This document shows positions 29,923 through 40,400 of a stretch of 64,000 nt of DNA, piece by piece; the stretch's first letter is position 1; every line of letters starts with the position of its first letter. The stretch comes from Macrostomum lignano. Taxonomy: Eukaryota. The notes under the pieces are model-generated. The model was not told the DNA's origin. It worked only from the letters and a program-made list of their open reading frames with translations, and made no database searches. The stretch lies in the NCBI GenBank assembly GCA_002269645.1, contig NIVC01002323.1:119779-183778 (forward strand), given 5' to 3'. A program made the position numbers and the translations under genes.

Positions 29923-32900
29923 ATGCCTGCCAATTGGAATGCGGTTCTACCAACTTGTCTAGCGATTACAATTTGTCTATTTTGCGCTTGCAACAAGTCT
30001 GGCTTCGCTTTAAAGTTGGACAACAATTTCTACGACCTCTTCAGCCTGTCGCGCATTTACGACCGCGTGAAATATGGTGATATTGCTCAGCTACACAAGG
30101 CCTATCAGGAATACCATATCAATGAGAACACGGCCCGGTTATTGTTCACTTTGGCTAGAGCTTTCACAACTACTAAAATTATGAGTGAAAAGGATTTTAT
30201 ACTGGCGTCTTACATAAGCTCCTCGCTTGATCCCAGCGTGTGCGACGACTACACCCGGTTTAGTAAGCATCAGCAGATCGATGTGCAATGCCACTTCCAA
30301 GCCTTTGTGGTAAGGGGGCCATGTAAATTTGCATGACAATTTTCATTGATTTTTATAATAGGGGCCAAATCAGAAGCAAGGACAACTAAAGCATCGTATA
30401 TATAGGACGCGACACTCGAAATCTATCGAAAATGTTTAGAAAGTCACTTTTCGCCAAAAAATACACTCGAAGATAGGAAGTTTTCATTTTTTCAGCACAA
30501 AAAATTGTTATTGCTTTCGATAGGAGGCAGACCCAATGTTCATCTTTTGATATGATGTGCTGATACAAAATATCTGAATGTTGCAATTCAAAAATTAAAA
30601 TAACGTGCTTTCCGTTACTACTCTACTTAAAATAGAAATGTAGGAAAAAAACGCCTAAAATAATGAAAACAACGCAAATGTAACACTATAAATTATCACG
30701 AAGTCATCAAATCACAAAATCATACGAAAGTAAAACTTCATATTGAAAAAACCACCCTAAAAAATTCGGCAGACATGCGTGGAAGGCGTGCTCCAGAGAC
30801 CAGCCGACTGTCTAATGGCCAGCGAAGCCGATCGAGGCGACTGTCCTCAGGCGAAGCTGTGCAACTCTGCCTACAATCACGCAGCCGAAGGAGGCAAGGA
30901 AACTCGAGCCTGGCTGCAGCTGTGGGCCGAGGAGACAATGCAGGACCTCGTTAATTATCGGAACAACACACCGACAGAGATCGCCGCCATGCTGCGGAAG
31001 AGCTGCCTGCACGATTCTCAGTTCCTATCCGCCATCTACAATCTGGCCCTGTGCTCGGAGATTTCTAGGCAAGCCTCGCTGATGCATCCGAGGATAGTGC
31101 ACCCGCTAGCTGAGATCTACTGCCCGGATCCCTGCCTGCGAAGGCCATGCGCTTCCAGGGCGCTGCGGCATCAGCTAATTAACACAGAGTGCTTATCACT
31201 GTCCACTCGATGGGAGAGTAGGCACGCCATCGCGCACATGTGGGATGACTTGCAACTGCAGCTACAGCACGATATGCCACCGCAGTACACGTGAGTGCGA
31301 TAACACGGTTTACACTTGTTGACCTTGAAAGTCTCTTATAAAAGTATCTGGTGACCTTCAAGTAACATTGAAACTCTCTTATCAACGAATCATGCGACCT
31401 TGAAATTCTCTTGTCAGGTATCTTGTGACCTTGAAGCCCTTTTATCAAAGAATCATATGACCTTGAAGTTCTCTTATCAAAGAATCATGCGACCTTGAAA
31501 TTCTCTTGTCAGGTATCTTGTGACCTTGAAACCCTTTTATCAAAGTATCTTGCGACCTTGAATCTCTCCTATAAATGTTATTTAGAGAACTTGAAACTCT
31601 TGTGACCTTAAAATTATCTTATAAATGTATCTTGTGACCTACATGTAGCTTGAATTACTTGTATAAAAGTATCTTGGTACCTTGAAATTAAATCTCACCT
31701 GAAAGATTTGTACTACCCTTAAGAAATCATGTATTCTAGGTAAATCTTACAAAACTGACGCACAGTACCTGCGCCATTCCCAGATGCGCTTGCCGCTACG
31801 GCAGTTGGTCGCCAGTCAAGCAGGCTTGCGAACATGTTTCCGGAGGCGACTTTCGCACCTGCTCGCCAACCCTGGCCAACCGGTATTTCCCCTGCGACTC
31901 TGTCGGAACTGTGGCTTGCTACGAGAACAGCGAATCAGAGGAGATCCCATTCATCTGCCGCTGTCGCCCAGGCTTCGTTGGCGTGTTTTGTCACGAGAAA
32001 GTCAACTCCTGTCTGAACTTGGCTGTGGACGTCAAACTGCATGGTAAATATTGAATCTATTGATAGTTTGCATAAATAAAACTATTGACCAGTGTTTGTT
32101 TGGAAGTGGTCTGAACTTTTTTTAAAAAACATGTTGGTTCAAGGGGCTTAAACATCAGGGGCTTTAGCAGCAGGGGCTTTAGCAGCAAGGGCTTTAGCAG
32201 CAGGGGCTTTAGCAGCAGGGGCTTTAGCAGCAGGGGCTTTAGCAGCAGAGGCTTTAGCACCAGGGGCTTTAGCCATCTCATTTTTTCCAGCCGAATTCGC
32301 TCTTCTCCATGTCGCCCCTGGCTGCAATCCCCTGTCCTTTAAGCCAAAGTATGCAGAGCCAGATGTGAAAAAACTCAATCCGCAGGCACAACCCGTCGCA
32401 TGTCGGGCAACCGGATGTGCAACGTGAATCACGGAGGCGAGCCCTTAGCCAACTGGAACTCGCCCGTAAACACCTGCCAACCCGATCCGAAATCGCACGG
32501 CGGCTATAATTGCACCTGCGTTTCGCCATTCTACCGGCTGATTTACCTGGAGACGGACAATTGCCTGGGCGCTCGTCGGGCCTGCGACGCTGAGCTGTGC
32601 ATCAACGGCGAGTGCGTCTCAACGCCCGACAAGATGACCGCCAGCTCGTGCCGCTGCAGCCCCGGCTGGGCCGGCTCGCTATGCGACGTCCAGTTGGAGG
32701 ACTGGAGCGTCTGGACCGGCTGCCGGCCCGTCTGCGGCGTCAACCGGACTCGACAGCGCCGGAGGCGCGGCGATAGGCGCCAATACGACCGAGTGTACGT
32801 GGAGACGGAGCTCTGCCCGAGCAGGTGGGCGCTTTCATATTTTTTTTACTAAATCTTGGTGTTATACACTGGCTGACAAGCAGCCTCGTTGCAGCCAGCT

Positions 32901-33199
32901 TACAACAGGAGTCACAGGGACCTCTAGCCAGAGCCTCTGTAGCTGGCGCTCCCTCTGTAAGCTAGAAACGGTACGTCTTTTCACTATCAGAAGGGTTGGC
33001 GTGCAAACTGCCGAATTTCAGATCCTGCTACGCCGACACGAACGATCTGGAGTACTCGGCCTACCAGACGCTGACCCACGCCACTAGCGCCGATGCTGCC
33101 GCCCTCACGGGCTGCGCACTGCTGGCTTTGCTCAGCTTTGTTGGCTTGCGATTCTGGCAGCCTCGCTTTGCTGCCGTTGAGGGACAGCCAGCAAGCTGA
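29923..33199 (+). CDS. About 629-aa secreted/membrane-anchored protein: signal peptide, uncharacterised Cys-containing N-terminal region, 3-4 EGF-like repeats, TSP1-like module, C-terminal hydrophobic anchor
   Basis: Exons 29923-30309, 30773-31290, 31766-32043, 32386-32824, 32895-32956, 32994-33199 (1890 nt). EGF motifs CRCRPGFVGVFC and CINGECV...CRCSPGWAGSLC. TSP1-like WSVWTGCRPVCG...RQRRR. The last junction needs the distal AG of a CAGAAG acceptor, or else a 1-nt indel, so the 3' model is less certain. Confidence 0.8.
31310..31700 (+). repeat. Degenerate about 30-bp minisatellite (GACCTTGAAA..CTCTT) in an EGF-gene intron
   Basis: About 11 imperfect copies. Confidence 0.8.
32148..32272 (+). 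repeat. 15-bp minisatellite (CAGGGGCTTTAGCAG)
   Basis: About 8 copies; reverse complement of units at 37880-38095. Confidence 0.92.
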
Positions 33200-33764
33200 T
33201 GTTTGCAACGGGGTTTCAAACGTCTTCGTCTTCAAGTTCATGAAATTGACTAATGGAACCAGCAAATTGGTTTGTCAATTAGTAACTTGTATATTAGTTG
33301 CTACAAATTTGTTTAAATACTGAACAGTCTATTGAAGTCCTCCTTGCGTTGTAAGTTGTCTTATAAACATTTTATTGTTAGTCATAAGTTTATGATCACA
33401 CGAGTTCTGTTAATATTTAGACAGGTTTTCAATCAACATTTCGGATTCATCAATTTAATACAACCGTGAAAAACTCGAAAAAACAGAGAAAATGGTGACT
33501 TCCTTTGCTTTCATCTTTTTGTTTGCTTTTCTCGAACTTCGTAACTGCATTTGACCTGATGGATTCAATCTGAATAAGTCACTGATTTTTTCTGCTTATT
33601 TTTGTTAAATGTTTACTTCAGCAAAAATCAGAGAGATCGGCAGCCAAGGTACTTTGATTATACATACCTATTTTATTTGCTTGCAGTGGGAGCTCCTTTT
33701 GTTGTAGCAGTGTCAGTTAATTGTTTGCAACCGCAGAAACTATAATAAAAATATGCCACCTGCA

Positions 33765-34395
33765 AAAATGCGCTTATCTACCGGTACTCTTTCTTAGGAG
33801 CTAAATTAGCAAAATATAGTGAAAATTTAATACATTTTACAGGATATTAAAAGTTTTTGAAGCTGTAACAATCGCCTCTGGCTTCTCTATTAAGCAGACC
33901 CATGAAATTAGCATATTCATCCTGTTTTACCGACTGCCTCAGAATTGAAATAATAAAAATGAATCTATTTAAAACTGACGATTGCAGGAAAACTTAAAAA
34001 AGCCAAATCCAGTAGCGAGCATAGCGAGCAAGGGAGAAAAGGGGTGGCGCCCCAGCCCTCAGCCAGGCCGATAAGCAGTTTGGCTTTTCTCTTGCCCGCT
34101 TGTGTCTTTGACCTCTCTCCTTACTGCTCTCTCATTGGCTGAGCCAGATTGGACCTGCCCCCTAGGCTGAGTTTCGTCCGTCTGAATTTGATCTCTCCCC
34201 TTACTGCTCTCTCATTGGCTGAGCTAGATTGGGCCTGCCCCCCTAGGCTGAGTTTCGTCCGTCTGACTTTGATCTCTCCCCTTACTGCTCTCTCATTGGT
34301 TGAGCTAGATTAGACACTGCGCACACAAACTACTGAAGAAGAGTAGATTTTCTAATTCTTTTACAACTTTAATTGCAAGGGACACATCTAGTTAT
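33765..34395 (+). repeat. Dispersed repeat copy B (same family and orientation as 28615-29530), about 2.6 79-bp units
   Basis: Shared blocks AAAATGCGCTTATC, ATTGCAGGAAAACTTA, the 79-mer and GACACTGCGCA.ACAAACTACTGAA. Confidence 0.85.
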
Positions 34396-34434
34396 CCTAG
34401 CATCTGTGGTTGCAACATGCTGGCAAGATACCAG

Positions 34435-37400
34435 TTACCAAGGCACAAACATTGCCACAATCAATAACATTACAGACGCAGCAAGGCTGCACTTGTTTCG
34501 GCTGCAACTGCTATTTCGATCGTCGTCGAGATTAACGTCGACAACATCGATTCCCAGATGTTGCAGCTCAGTCGTGGTTGGCACCGCTGTTGGATTGTCC
34601 AATTCAATCACGTTAGACGCTGGGCCGGTAACGTTGGCAGCGGAAATCGCCGTCACAGCTAGGAAGGTTTGGCTTAAACCGAGCGAACTAACTTGACTGA
34701 AGATGTTTGCAGATGCTTTTGGCGTTCTAAGTAGCTCCTGTGCGATTGAAAAGTTATTACCTAGCAACTGGCCAGGCGATGCAGCGAAACGAACCGAGTA
34801 AGCTGGTACGTCTGTTGGTTGAATTGAGACGAACAATTTCTAGTCGAATATAACGAGTTACAAATTGTCGACAATAGAAAAACAAATACTGTTTTAATGA
34901 CCACAACGATTCGTTGAAGAAAATCGAGTGTTCAAATTTGGGCCAAGAATAACAAAATTCCTGTCTCTCTAAATTTAATGGGAAACGAAACTTCTAATGG
35001 TAAACTTTTAAGACCTTGCAATTATTATTTCTTCTAAAACTATTCGGGTTTGGTTTTAGTTGCGACTTTTTTTACTGTTGTTGTTTTATTATTTTTATTT
35101 GAAATTTGCGATTATCCTAGAAGTATAGCTGGCAATATTGAAACTAGTGATGACATGACATGACATACTTGGACCGTCCGATAGTCCTGATGGATCTTTA
35201 ACTGCCGTCCAGGATAGAAGCACAGTTCTGGTCGAGACGCTAACGCTCAATCTGAGGTCCGTGATCCGAACAGGGGCTGTCAGGCTCTTTTCAAAGCTCG
35301 GATTGCTATTAGCAACCGTCAGTTTGCCGGCTGAAGCAACCCGACTGAGCGGTGAGGTGCAAATTATTGAAACAGAATAGTCGCGAGAGATACTCACAGC
35401 GTCGGCTGGTATGTAACCGGAGTAAGTGCCGTCGTTTGCCTTCAGATCGGCTCCTGAATTGGTGTTAAAAGGTGACTGATTTTAGTTTATTCGTTTAGAA
35501 AGCAAGGTCACAGGATAATTTTCCTCATTTTCAAGTTGGTATTTCAATATTCTATCATCAAGCTCATCAGATAAATATAGCCCTCAAGAAAAACAAGACC
35601 TAGCAAAGTTTTCTAGCTTATATAGGAAATTTTCGCCCCAGTCGCAACCTACCGGCCCCATTGTCTGTCAGATTAAATCGAGCCACTCGACCTTCGTTTG
35701 ACCTGACAGCGGCAAACAGCCGAGCCCCGACAACCGGAGAGTAGCCTCGCATCAAGCGGGCATAAACGCCTATCAGTGTGCTCTCCGTCACTGCCTGCAC
35801 CCAGTCTGGGATGACGTCACCGATGAGCGTAGTGGGCAGATCCGCAGTTTCAGTAGCGGATCCTGCAGGCGCTGGCCTCCCAGTAACGACAACCAGACCG
35901 CTCCTGACGGTTTCAGCTTGCCTTCTGAATCGTCGGTAAACCCGGCGTCGCTGCCAGACCGCACTCGACGTAGCCGCCAGGTTTTCCAGCGACCAACGGC
36001 CAATCTAATTTTCACAATTGAAGCATTATACGAAGAAACTACTTCCTTCATACGACTTTCTGTCAGGCGGTACATGTAGTTCATAGAGGACAGACAACTC
36101 ACCACAATATCCTTGTCAGGAATCCGCACAGACACGGTGCCTGAAGCTGTGTCCACCGTGCAGGCACTGTTATCGCCAGCTCCGCTGCAGTTGAAGGACT
36201 TGCCGTTCGGCGATCGAACCATCAGCCGCAAGCTGGCCGCCGAGGCGGGCTCGGCGGGGAAGGACAGCACGAAAGCGAGGTCGCGACGAATCGACGAGTC
36301 GACATTGAATTCTAGACGACGTTGAAAATTTGGCCGGACCTCCTGAGTAGCCAGCTGAGGTAGTTTGTTAGGGGTATTGCGTATTATTAATATGTTCTCT
36401 GAAAGGCGTCCAGAAGTGTTCACACTATATCTGTGACTTGGAGGATGGCTCTTATGGGCGTGAATCATGGTAGAGCAGCTTCGGCTGAATCGGCAGAATT
36501 GCCTCAGCGCTGGCTATGGGACGATGACACCGAAGGTGAAGGCGTATGCCAGGGTGCCCACAGTTTGCTCTGCAACTCACGGTGATGACTCTATCAGCAG
36601 CAGCCACCGCGGATGTGGTGCCGCCCAGCGACAGCCGCAGTCCCGCAGCCGCCAGCCCACCAGCGGCGTCGGCGCCGGCCGCTTCGCCAAAAAACTGACG
36701 ACCTCCGGTGACATCGGCCAGACGCGACATCCGAGTGTCAGCTTGGTCGCCGTAGCGAACGGACACGACCTCCAGGCTGCTGGCAGCCAGTGCATTAATC
36801 GTCGCATCTAAAACGCCATCGCAGCCTTCTTCGCCGTCTGACAGGAGAATAATTTGTCCCGTAGAGCGACGATTCGGACGATGCGGATTCACGCCTAGCA
36901 GCTGGTTGGCGAGGGGTTTTGTTTCTGGCATGGAGTCAACAGGTGATAAATCATTCGATGACTTCCCATGCATTGATCTGTAGTATACACCATCTACACC
37001 CCTGGTGCTGGCGCCCCTGGTGCTGGCGCCCCTGGTTCTGGCGCTGGTGCTGGCGCCCCTGGTGCTGGCGCCCCTGGTGCTGGCGCCCCTGGTGCTGGCG
37101 CCCCTGGTGCTGGCGCCCCTGGTGCTGGCGCCCCTGGTGCTGGCGCCCCTGGTGCTGGCGCCCCTGGTGCTGGCGCCCCTGGTGCTGGCGCCCCTGGTGC
37201 TGGCGCCCCTGGTGCTGGCGCCCCTGGTGCTGGCGCCCCTGGTGCTGGCGCCCCTGGTGCTGGCGCCCCTGGTGCTGGCGCCCCTGGTGCTGGCGCCCCT
37301 GGTGCTGGCGCCCCTGGTGCTGGCGCCCCTGGTGCTGGCGCCCCTGGTGCTGGCGCCCCTGGTGCTGGCGCCCCTGGTGCTGGCGCCCCTGGTGCTGGCG

Positions 37401-40400
37401 CCCCTGGTGCTGGCGCCCCTGGTGCTGGCGCCCCTGGTGCTGGCGCCCCTGGTGCTGGCGCCCCTGGTGCTGGCGCCCCTGGTGCTGGCGCCCCTGGTGC
37501 TGGCGCCCCTGGTGCTGGCGCCCCTGGTGCTGGCGCCCCTGGTGCTGGCGCCCCTGGTGCTGGCGCCCCTGGTGCTGGCGCCCCTGGTGCTGGCGCCCCT
37601 GGTGCTGGCGCCCCTGGTGCTGGCGCCCCTGGTGCTGGCGCCCCTGGTGCTGGCGCCCCTGGTGCTGGCGCCCCTGGTGCTGGCGCCCCTGGTGCTGGCG
37701 CCCCTGGTGCTGGCGCCCCTGGTGCTGGCGCCCCTGGTGCTGGCGCCCCTGGTGCTGGCGCCCCTGGTGCTGGCGCCCCTGGTGCTGGCGCCCCTGGTGC
37801 TGGCGCCCCTGGTGCTGGCGCCCCTGGTGCTGGCGCCCCTGGTGCTGGCGCCCCTGGTGCTGGCGCCCCTGGTGCTAAACCCCTGGTGCTAAACCTGGTG
37901 CTAAACCCCCTGGTGCTAAACCTGGTGCTAAAGCCCCTGGTGCTAAACCTGGTGCTGGCGCCCCTGGTGCTAAACCTGGTGCTAAAGCTCCTGATGCTTA
38001 AACCAGGTGCTAAAGCCCCTGATGCTTAAGCTAGGTGCTAAAGCCCCTGATGCTAAACCTGGTGCTAAAGCCCCTGGTGCTGGCGCTCCTGTTGCTAAGT
38101 AGCTCGTAGCTTGTACATTACACAACACAGTAATTCTCCCTCACCTGCATAGCCCGCCGAACAGCTCCACCAATGCAGGTGCCACCTTTTGCCTTCAGGC
38201 CAGAGACAGCTTGCGCCAGTCGCTGTCTTGCAGCCGGTGAATCAATCGTTAGAAAATTTACCAGCACAGTGGCTTTTCTGTTGAAGCTGATCAGTGCGCA
38301 CTCTGCTCCATTTTCCAGTACCTCAGTTAGGAACTGGTTGACTGCACCGATCATGTTGCTGATGCGGCTGTCCTGCGTGGTTCGATGGCGAATCTCTGTG
38401 TATTTTGGATTATATTTCGGTAATCTGAGGGTACCTTTAAAAAGGACGAGTCTCGGAGTACCTTAGTGAAGAATCTCGGGAGTATCTCATGGTAAGGAAT
38501 CTCGGGGTTTGGTGACGAATCTCGGGGTATCTTGGTGACGAATCTCGGGAGTACCTTAGTGACGAATCTCGGGGTTTGGTGACGAATCTCGGGGTATCTT
38601 GGTGACGAATCTCGGGAGTACCTTAGTGACGAATCTCGGGAGTATCTCATGGTAACGAATCTCGGGAGTATCTTGGTGACGAATCTCGGGGTATCTTGGT
38701 GACGAATCTCGGGGTATCTTGGTGACGAATCTCGGGAGTATCTTGGTGACGAATCTCGGGAGTATCTTGGTGACGAATCTCGGGAGTATCTTGGTGACGA
38801 ATCTCGGGAGTATCTTGGTGACGAATCTCGGGAGTATCTTGGTGACAAATCTCGGGAGTATCTTGGTGACGAATCTCGGGAGTATCTTGGTGACAAATCT
38901 CGGGAGTATCTTGGTGACGAATCTCGGGAGTATCTTGGTGACAAATCTCGGGAGTATCTTGGTGACAAATCTCGGGGGTATCTTGGTGACAAATCTCGGG
39001 GTATCTTGGTGACAAATCTCGGGGTATCTTGGTGACGAACCTCAGGGTATCTTGGTGGCTAATATCGGGGTATATTGGTGACGAATCTGTGGGTATCTTA
39101 GTGGCGAATCTCGGGGTATCTTGGTGGCGAATCTCGGGGTATCTTTGAAGTGACTCTTGTGGTATCTTTTTAGCTGCATTTATACTCACGCTACCCATGC
39201 TGCCTGAGGTATCCATGACAACCACCACGCGTCGCTTTTCAGACTCGGCTACCAGCTGAAATCGAACCCCAGAATCATCGGCCGGTCCACTTCTCGGGCC
39301 GTCAACATCTCTTTGAAAATCTTCGTGCATCCTGACAATCTCAGCCGCGCTCAGGCCTCCGCAGTGCCTGTTGAGCAGATTGTCGGCGCCTCTGTTGTGC
39401 ACCAGCTTGGGATTCGATACCCGACTGACGGAGTCGCAGAATGCAGCGACCCCGGAGCTGTAGGGCGCGAATAAGAATGATGCAGCGTTTGAGTCCGGCA
39501 GCTCCGTCACCTCTATGCTGCAGTTGTCGCTCAGCTGTTTCGTGTCAGCATTGAAGGCGCAGCGGCGACTGGCACCGTTGCCTGCGGGAACTCGCAGCTC
39601 AGTTTGCAGAGCCGGGCTGCAGGATGCTGCCCTGTACTGCCGAGTGCTAGCAGAAGTGGCCACGGTCTGCAGCAGGCTGCCTAATGGGGCCTCGCTCAAC
39701 AGGCCCCAGCGGTATTGCGAGAAGTACAGGGCGAGGCGCCGGCCCACTGTGAGTAATTGTCAGGGGGGGGCATTGGTTGAGTTCAGGTTGGAAGGTTGTC
39801 AGCTTTGCGATTGGCAAGATAGAGACTCAAGGTGAAAATTCAGAGTCAACGTGGCATGGTTTCAGGGCTCCAGCATCCTCTGCTCTTCCATCCTCCGCTC
39901 CCTCATCCTCCGCTCCTTCATCCTCCGTTCCTTCATCCTCTGCTCTTTCATCCTCTGCTCTTTCATCCTCCGCTCCTTCATCCTCTGCTCCTTCATCCTC
40001 TGCTCTTCATCCTCTGCTCTTTCATCCTCCGCTCCTTCATCCTCTGCTCCATCATCCTCTGCTCTTCCATCCTCCACTCCTTCATCCTCTGCTCCATCAT
40101 CCTCTCTCTGCTCTTCCATCCTCCACTCCCTCATCCTCCACTCCCTCATCCTCCGCTCCCTCATCCTCTGCTCCCTCATCCTCTGCTCCCTCATCCTCCA
40201 CTCCTTCATCCTCTGCTCCCTCATCCTCCACTCCTTCATCCTCTGCTCCCTCATCCTCTGCTCCCTCATCCTCCACTCCTTCATCCTCTGCTCCCTCATC
40301 CTCTGCTCCCTCATCCTCCGCTCCCTCATCCTCTGCTCCCTCATCCTCTGCTCCCTCATCCTCTGCTCCCTCATCCTCTGCTCCCTCATCCTCTGCTCCC

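Noticed and set aside
32291-32385. Alternative acceptor TTTTTTCCAG at 32290 for EGF-gene exon 4
   Set aside because: In the required phase it hits TGA after about 45 codons; the acceptor at 32385 keeps the EGF frame.
35345-35397. GTGAGT...CTCAG possible 53-nt intron in CLCA exon 8
   Set aside because: Removal causes a frameshift and stop, and the retained sequence aligns with the CLCA YSV motif.
36919-37892. Long (WCWRP)n / (LVLAP)n ORFs
   Set aside because: Translations of a 15-bp intronic minisatellite inside CLCA intron 4; a stop-free unit keeps all frames open.
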